A DNA stretch of 63,034 nt, counting the filler, from Reticulomyxa filosa (taxonomy: Eukaryota; Protista; Foraminifera): NCBI GenBank assembly GCA_000512085.1. It is 9 parts of 9 records of this genome, joined end to end, with 100 filler letters (N's around TTAATTAATTAA, not from the genome) between each part and the next. Parts side by side here need not be neighbours in the genome. Positions count along the whole stretch, not along the records: positions 61,469 to 63,034 come from ASPP01020580.1; 8 more parts are not named here. The stretch is one strand, 5' to 3'. Shown piece after piece: positions 62,293 to 63,034 of this stretch. Below the pieces are notes generated by a model. The model made no database searches. It worked only from the letters and a program-made list of their open reading frames with translations, and was not told the DNA's origin. The position numbers were made by a program, and so were the translations under genes. Position 1 is the stretch's first letter. Every line of letters starts with the position of its first letter.

Positions 62293-63034
62293 GTTTATAA
62301 TATGGTCAATGATCTTCGGAACTCATTTTTTTTTTTAAATAACGTGCCCTAAAAAAAAAATAAAAACAGATAAGCAACAAACTTTCAACTTTTGAAAAAA
62401 AAGCTGTTATATAAATAAAATTAAGTGCAATGTCTAATATCAAAAATATCACTGTCGAAACAATTGAGCAAACGAGGTAACACTTTCCCCAACTTTCTGG
62501 TTAGAAAGTGTGGAAAAGGACAAGCAGTTATGAAGCCCCTTGATTTTTTTTCTCTTGGCAAAGATTTGTAAGAATGGGCTGTTGTGGTGGAACAGCAAGA
62601 GAGGCTAGTGAAGAAGGGAATGCAAAGGAATTACCACCCGTTACAACAAAGAAAGATGACGTCGAGACAAAGAAGGCTGACGTTGTGACAAAAGTGAAAG
62701 AAGAGAAGGTCGCGAGTGAGCATGAAAGAAACGCTTCAATTCGTCACACAGAGCAATATAGACAATCTGTCGCAGATGCGCGTAATGTATGGCAGCAAAA
62801 GGCGAGCAACAATGTGGCGTCCAAGGAGAGCACACCTGTGCAAAAAAAGGACGCTCACGTCGCACCTCACAAAGCGCCCAACTCTCGTGTTGAACAGGAA
62901 GAGAAGCAGCCAGGCAAATTAAAAACCCCTTCCTCAGTAAAGTTTTTTTTTCCCCCTCCCCTCCCCCCCCCCTTTGCCAAGGGTGTGACCCCTTTTCTAA
63001 AAATTTCGGGGAACAACAACAAAAAAAAAAAAAA

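Noticed and set aside
62560-63034. GC-richer region upstream of MFSD5 with short ORFs
   Set aside because: No consistent frame or recognisable motif. It may be a promoter/UTR or the start of a gene outside the window.

Overview
This is eukaryotic, AT-rich, intron-containing DNA made of nine contigs joined by an artificial 100-bp linker (N44-TTAATTAATTAA-N44). Several signals point to Rhizaria/Foraminifera, most likely Reticulomyxa filosa or a close relative (inference, no search run): a one-residue insertion at polyubiquitin monomer junctions, a divergent alpha-tubulin, and expanded WD40, Kelch, TPR, caspase-like and ART families. Two compartments alternate. Gene-dense housekeeping stretches carry a GPCR-like gene, an LRR protein, DAG kinase, Pcc1, TrpRS, ZGPAT, an NRF-6-like acyltransferase, RPS13, a voltage-sensor-only protein, a JmjC demethylase, TVP15-like, C8orf82-like, a chlorophyllase-like hydrolase and MFSD5. 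Very AT-rich stretches hold repeat-domain families, deletion-riddled pseudogenes, LINE relics and a solo LTR. The most interesting signal is that twice, on different contigs, a beta-grasp-like/caspase-like gene sits head-to-head with a WD40 gene, 239 and 233 bp apart. Each of these WD40 genes carries a conserved single-exon helical module. This is a candidate paired sensor/effector system, but both families are abundant, so chance adjacency is not excluded. All gene models were spliced by eye, and several single-base frameshifts in homopolymers are probably sequencing errors.
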